The notes under the pieces are model-generated. The model made no database searches and was not told the origin of the DNA. It worked only from the letters and a program-made list of their open reading frames with translations. From positions 1 through 11,552 of the forward strand of contig RFFQ01000111.1 in NCBI GenBank assembly GCA_003697105.1: a DNA stretch of 11,552 nucleotides, written 5' to 3'. This document shows, one piece after another, positions 7,787 to 11,552 of this stretch; position 1 is the stretch's first letter, and every line of letters starts with the position of its first letter. The position numbers and the translations under genes were made by a program. This stretch comes from Gemmatimonadota bacterium (GTDB taxonomy: Bacteria; 4572-55; J002).

Positions 7787-7904
7787 GATCTTGAATGGTA
7801 TGGTCTGGATTCAGGATTGACTTTTGCAGTAACCTATTTTATCTACTAGCCAATCTAACAATTTCATCTTCAAAATAAAAGAGTTAATCACGTGGTACCA
7901 GACG
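7787..7904. promoter_or_regulatory. Divergent AT-rich intergenic region, presumed to hold promoters for the minus-strand ABC-F operon and the plus-strand CHAD gene
   Basis: 118 bp lie between two divergent start codons. A TTGACT -35-like hexamer sits at 7817-7822 on the plus strand with only weak -10 candidates (TATCTA at 7840-7845). Neither start codon has an obvious SD. Exact promoter positions are not resolved. Confidence 0.4.
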
Positions 7905-8933
7905 ATGGCAAAAGCGTGGGATGTGCCCGGACTTAGTCCCGATAAACCGTTAAAATTATGCGCGCGTGACATCATTTTGACCCGCTTTCGGGAGATGTTT
8001 TCCTATAAAGTGGGGGTGATCGCCAATGATGATATTGAGTTCGTTCACGATTTTCGGGTATCTGCGCGCCGTTTGCGGACGGTCATTAATGTTTTTAAGG
8101 CATGTTTCCCCGAAAAAGAAGACCGGATGTATTTTAAGGCGATCAAAAAAATAGCCCGTTGCTTTGGTCAGGCACGGGATTTGGACGTCATGATCGCGTT
8201 TTTGAAAGGGTACAGGAAGTCGTTACCCAAATCCAAGCGGGAGAGCTTGGGACCGCTTATCTCCCATAAGCAACACCAGCGCCAACACCAGCAACACCGC
8301 ATCCTCGCACTTTTTGATCAACTGGAACACGACCGATTTGAAGAACGGTTCATCGCCCATTTTGAGCAGATCGATCTGCCGTATGCCGTAGATTACCCTG
8401 CCGGGTTAACGTTTCGATCCCAAGCGGAACCCATTTTAACCGGAGCGCTGGCACAGTTGGTCGCTTATGATGCCCGTATTGCCAATCCCCATTATGTTGA
8501 TGATCTGCATCAAATGCGTATTGCTGCCAAGCGTTTGCGCTATATGATGGAGGTTTTTCAGGTTTGTTACCCTACCGATGCGTACCGGAACGTACTCCAC
8601 CAAATCAAAACCATTCAAGAACTGCTCGGTATTATCCATGACTGTGATGTCATGATGGCGTTTCTTCAAGATTACCTCCGGCAGGTTGAGACAAAGCGGT
8701 ATGAATGGGTCATCGCTTTTCAGAAAATACCGCTCGTTGAATGGTCTGAAAATGCCCTCGCGGACCATCTGCAAACCCTTCCCCAACCCTCTGATTTTTC
8801 AGGAATTTTCTCCCTTTTGCTAGACCAACACCAGCGCCGTTTTATCACTTATCAGGAATTTTTTGCGTTTTGGCACTCCCTCAAAAACGCCCAGTTTGAA
8901 CAACGGCTAGCAGAGCTGTTTCGTACCACCTAG
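7905..8933 (+). CDS. CHAD-domain protein (conserved histidine alpha-helical domain; polyphosphate-granule-associated family)
   Basis: 342-aa ORF. The CHAD hallmark 'HDFRVSARRLRTVINVF' appears near the N-terminus and a second copy 'HQMRIAAKRLRYMMEVF' in the C-terminal half. Conserved His residues and a His/Gln-rich insert 'HKQHQRQHQQHR' are present. The protein is predicted to be all-alpha. Confidence 0.8.
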   Translation: MAKAWDVPGLSPDKPLKLCARDIILTRFREMFSYKVGVIANDDIEFVHDFRVSARRLRTVINVFKACFPEKEDRMYFKAIKKIARCFGQARDLDVMIAFLKGYRKSLPKSKRESLGPLISHKQHQRQHQQHRILALFDQLEHDRFEERFIAHFEQIDLPYAVDYPAGLTFRSQAEPILTGALAQLVAYDARIANPHYVDDLHQMRIAAKRLRYMMEVFQVCYPTDAYRNVLHQIKTIQELLGIIHDCDVMMAFLQDYLRQVETKRYEWVIAFQKIPLVEWSENALADHLQTLPQPSDFSGIFSLLLDQHQRRFITYQEFFAFWHSLKNAQFEQRLAELFRTT

Positions 8934-9760
8934 ATGGTCTCCTGAATCTGATCCTCCTCGGTGGGCGGGGGTGTTTCTCCGATATTTTCTGGTAGTTTTT
9001 GGTTGGCTTGGTTTGGCTTATAGTCCGGCATCACAATCCCCCCGGAAATAACAACCTTCATCGCATCCTCCACCGACATTTCTAGCGGAATTAAGTCCGT
9101 TTGCGGCACTAAAATCAGGAAACCGGACGTTGGATTTGGTGTGGTGGGGACAAAGACATTGGTGAGCCGGTCTTCCGTTTTCGCTTGTAATTCTCCACTA
9201 CTTTCTTTAGTGACAAAGCCGATGACGTAAAGTCCCCGCCGGGGGTATTCAAACAGGACGGCTCCCCGAAATTCATTTTGCCGCCCAGAGGCCAGTGCCG
9301 AGATGAGTTGCTGAGTACCGCTATAAATAATTCCGGCAAATGGAATCCGGCGAATAAGGGCATCTTGCCAAGAGAGGATTCGTCGCCCGACGATGTTGGA
9401 GGTAAATACTCCCCATACAAAAATCAATAGGATGGTTGCTAAGATACCTAACCCGGGGATAGTGACCCCAAAGCGAGCATAGATGTATGGGCCCAAAAAG
9501 CCGTCAAAGAATTTTAGGACGACCGTAAATGTCCAAATCGTCAAAAAGAGGGGGAGAAGGGTCGCGACACCGGTTAAAAAGCGTACCCGGACATAATTCC
9601 AGATTTTTTGTTTAACATTTTCGCGGCTTAATTTTGACCACTTCACTTGGAAGTGTAACCAACGGCTTTTGAGGCTCATAGGGGGTCTCACGTTTTTGTG
9701 ATACGTTCTACGGTTAACCAAATTGAGGGGTAACGTAATGTTCCCATGTAGTTTCGTCAA
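8930..9760 (-). CDS. DUF502-family integral membrane protein
   Basis: 276-aa ORF. The core 'NYVRVRFLTGVATLLPLFLTIWTFTVVLKFFDGFLGPYI' is followed by a second TM segment 'IPGLGILATILLIFVWGVF', which matches my recollection of DUF502 (COG2928). The start is uncertain: M1 is at 9760 and an internal M28 at 9679 would give a more typical N-terminal length. Neither has a clear SD. The 3' end overlaps the CHAD gene by 4 nt in convergent orientation. Confidence 0.7.
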   Translation of the reverse strand: MTKLHGNITLPLNLVNRRTYHKNVRPPMSLKSRWLHFQVKWSKLSRENVKQKIWNYVRVRFLTGVATLLPLFLTIWTFTVVLKFFDGFLGPYIYARFGVTIPGLGILATILLIFVWGVFTSNIVGRRILSWQDALIRRIPFAGIIYSGTQQLISALASGRQNEFRGAVLFEYPRRGLYVIGFVTKESSGELQAKTEDRLTNVFVPTTPNPTSGFLILVPQTDLIPLEMSVEDAMKVVISGGIVMPDYKPNQANQKLPENIGETPPPTEEDQIQETI

Positions 9761-9769
9761 GCATTTTTA

Positions 9770-9827
9770 GCTGGATTCGCTCTTCATAATTAAATTTACA
9801 TAATTTATTTTTTATATTGAATCCAGC
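9770..9827. repeat. Perfect 9-bp inverted repeat GCTGGATTC ... GAATCCAGC flanking a 40-bp AT-rich spacer
   Basis: Read directly from the sequence: 9770-9778 'gctggattc' and 9819-9827 'gaatccagc' are exact reverse complements. The 40-nt spacer (9779-9818) is about 85% A+T. The repeat lies 10 nt upstream of the annotated DUF502 start on the other strand. Confidence 0.6.
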
Positions 9828-9948
9828 ACAAATCACTTAATAATTTGATGAAATCAAGATTGTAAGAGGGGACTTGGCACCGGTTAAAATCCGTCGCGAG
9901 CGGTTTGAAAATCAGGGTATCCGGCAATACGCTATTTCATGATAACTC

Positions 9949-9977
9949 TTGACAAACCCACCAAATTTTGTCATAAT
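9949..9977 (+). promoter_or_regulatory. Near-consensus sigma70-type promoter with an extended -10 element
   Basis: The -35 hexamer TTGACA (9949-9954) is a perfect consensus. A 17-nt spacer follows. The TGn extended -10 element (9969-9971) precedes a CATAAT -10 hexamer (9972-9977), which matches the consensus at 5 of 6 positions. The predicted transcription start is near 9984-9986, about 138 nt upstream of the ATG at 10123. Confidence 0.55.
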
Positions 9978-10051
9978 GGCTACCAGTTTTAACCCAACAG
10001 AAAGGTAGGTGATGCTCTCCTAAAGTCCATTATTTTTAGTACGTTAACTCG

Positions 10052-10080
10052 CTACTGCAGAATTATTGCAGTGCTTTTTA
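10052..10080 (+). promoter_or_regulatory. Hairpin plus U-tract in the 5' leader (attenuator- or terminator-like element)
   Basis: ACTGCA (10053-10058) pairs with TGCAGT (10066-10071) around a 7-nt loop. GC and then TTTTTATT follow immediately (10072-10081). The stem is short (6-7 bp), so this would be at best a weak or conditional terminator. Confidence 0.3.
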
Positions 10081-10122
10081 TTCCGCATCCTTTCTTTTTT
10101 CACTTTTTGTCGGGAGGTTTCG

Positions 10123-11552
10123 ATGAAACAGGTTTTATCTCTTTTTTTCTGTCTGGCATTGATTTTAGGCGTCGCCTATATGCCGGAGGCGCACGCTGCT
10201 CGGGCTGTTATGTTGTATAAAGTTGACCGTGAGGGTAACATTGTGGATGCACAAGTTGGTGGGGAATGGGTCAATGTGACCTCACAAAAAGGCAATCTGC
10301 GGACACCTGCACCAGCGGATACCCAGTTAATTGAAGCCGATGTAAATTACTTTGGAACCGCGCATAGTAATTTTACAACCCCATTTGCTCCGCAGATTGA
10401 TCGCAGTCCGGCGATGACTCTCGGTGGGGCGGTATATGAGGATATTTTAATGATTTATGAAGCGGAGGGGCTAGGTGACGGTGGAAATACCGCTGGCGAT
10501 TTGCATTATGGTTATTATTCTGGGGATTTTACCTTCTGGGATGCCCAATCCTTGATCTCCGGACAGGACCCCATGCCAACGGGGATTCGCCGGAAATCAA
10601 TGATGTTTGATGATAATGGGGTTGCCCATATTGTTTATGGCTACACAACAGTGCCGGGTGGTAGTGACCGTGCCAGTTTGAGCCTGATGTATGTCACATT
10701 TGATGTCGCATTTGGGCTGATCACCTATGAGGGGAATATTAACCCTGCTAATGAGCGCGGTTTATCCTATCCCATCGTTCGGGTGAACAGCGCCGGTGAT
10801 GTCGTCGTCGCAAATATGGATTACGATGTTGATGGCGATTATTACTTCTCCTACAAGCCCGCCGGTTCTACTGACTGGGTATGGGAAGGTTTAGCAGTGA
10901 GTGACCCCAATGGTACGTTTGGTTGGGGTGTGGTCAATACGGCGGTTGACCCCGTTACTAATGATGTCTATATGCTGTGGCCCTCCGATATCAACGGTGA
11001 CTTGTGTGCGGATATTGCTATTAAAAAATGGGATTATGCCGCTGAAGAGTGGGACCCGGCTGCCTTGGACGAAGGCTACACCTTGGCATTGGGGAATAGT
11101 GGTGTTATGATTGCCGATCAAGAAGGTGGTGGTGAGTATATTGCCAATTATGATTTCCTCTGCTTCCCGGATGCCATTGTGGATGAGTCCGGGATTATCC
11201 ACTGTATCGTACAAGGAAACCCGCACGATTGGGGCCCAAATGATGACCAACCCGCTACACTAACAGCGTGGGGCATGATGGGAACCTCTGGTGCACTTTA
11301 TTACACCCACACCGTGAATCCGCGTGACCCCAGCGAGTGGACGGAACCGATCCGGCTGCTCGACCCGGAAAACACCGGTCCGGATGGTTTCTGGGAAAAG
11401 AATATTGCCGCTATGGGCGGTTTGGCGATGGATGAAACTGGAACAATGTACGCGGTCATCGCTCAACCGGATAGTATGCACCACACCGAGCCCAATTCTG
11501 CCCAATTTACCTACCCCATGCACATCAAGATGCTTCACAAATATGTGGGTAC
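10123..11552 (+). CDS. Secreted protein of unknown function (3'-partial; continues beyond the window), possibly a beta-propeller-like fold
   Basis: This open frame was translated by hand and is not in the supplied ORF track because no stop codon falls within the window. It has 476 codons without a stop, starting at ATG 10123. A GGGAGG SD lies at 10112-10117 with a 5-nt spacer. The signal peptide is 'MKQVLSLFFCLALILGVAYMPEAHA|ARA'. The protein has Gly/aromatic-rich repeating segments ('GDYYFSYKPAGSTDWVWEG', 'SDPNGTFGWGVVNT', 'NPHDWGPNDD', 'NPRDPSEWTEP') reminiscent of, but not matching, BNR/sialidase repeats. The overlapping minus-strand ORFs 10891-11250 and 11260-11538 are judged spurious. 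Confidence 0.75.
   Translation, partial: MKQVLSLFFCLALILGVAYMPEAHAARAVMLYKVDREGNIVDAQVGGEWVNVTSQKGNLRTPAPADTQLIEADVNYFGTAHSNFTTPFAPQIDRSPAMTLGGAVYEDILMIYEAEGLGDGGNTAGDLHYGYYSGDFTFWDAQSLISGQDPMPTGIRRKSMMFDDNGVAHIVYGYTTVPGGSDRASLSLMYVTFDVAFGLITYEGNINPANERGLSYPIVRVNSAGDVVVANMDYDVDGDYYFSYKPAGSTDWVWEGLAVSDPNGTFGWGVVNTAVDPVTNDVYMLWPSDINGDLCADIAIKKWDYAAEEWDPAALDEGYTLALGNSGVMIADQEGGGEYIANYDFLCFPDAIVDESGIIHCIVQGNPHDWGPNDDQPATLTAWGMMGTSGALYYTHTVNPRDPSEWTEPIRLLDPENTGPDGFWEKNIAAMGGLAMDETGTMYAVIAQPDSMHHTEPNSAQFTYPMHIKMLHKYVG

Noticed and set aside
8271-8838. Exact 13-nt duplicate CAACACCAGCGCC at 8271-8283 and 8826-8838
   Set aside because: Both copies lie inside the CHAD CDS and encode Q-H-Q-R in a His/Gln-rich protein. 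This is most simply codon-level coincidence, not a direct repeat flanking an insertion.
9860-9948. Possible small RNA or tRNA-like structure in the GC-richer part of the intergenic region (CCGG...CCGTCGCGAGCGG...CCGG)
   Set aside because: Only short 3-5-bp stems are present. There is no T-loop or anticodon-arm pattern and no terminator. The evidence for an RNA gene is insufficient.
10891-11538. Minus-strand ORFs 10891-11250 and 11260-11538
   Set aside because: They overlap the long uninterrupted plus-strand frame that has a strong promoter, a GGGAGG SD and a canonical signal peptide. The plus-strand gene is far better supported.
1-11552. CRISPR arrays, IS elements, integrases, prophage genes, tRNA/rRNA
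   Set aside because: There are no regularly spaced direct repeats, no transposase, integrase or recombinase-like ORFs, and no rRNA- or tRNA-like sequences. The window looks chromosomal rather than mobile.

Overview
The window is a gene-dense chromosomal segment of about 11.5 kb from a bacterium, probably diderm given the MCE protein and lipoprotein. It carries no integrase, transposase, tRNA, rRNA or CRISPR array. Bases 37-7786 hold eight co-directional minus-strand genes with almost no intergenic space, several joined by ATGA or TAATG stop/start overlaps. In order of transcription they are: an ABC-F ATPase, an MCE (MlaD-like) protein, a lipoprotein, an SPFH/prohibitin-like protein, a YbeD-like DUF493 protein, a 384-aa AAA_15/AAA_21-type ABC-like ATPase, a 202-aa TOPRIM-like (DUF4276-like) protein, and an RlmL-like THUMP rRNA methyltransferase. 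The most interesting element is the ATPase plus small TOPRIM-like pair at 1176-2938. It is a split OLD/PARIS/Gabija-like architecture typical of anti-phage or abortive-infection modules, it has no experimentally characterised function that I know of, and here it is translationally coupled to the housekeeping-type rlmL. Downstream of a 118-bp divergent promoter region lie a plus-strand CHAD-domain protein and a convergent DUF502 membrane protein whose 3' ends overlap by 4 nt. An AT-rich 360-bp intergenic region follows. It contains a 9-bp perfect inverted repeat and a near-consensus sigma70 promoter with an extended -10 element. That promoter drives a long structured leader and a signal-peptide-bearing secreted protein of unknown function that runs off the end of the window. 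All functional assignments come from reading motifs by eye. No database search was possible.
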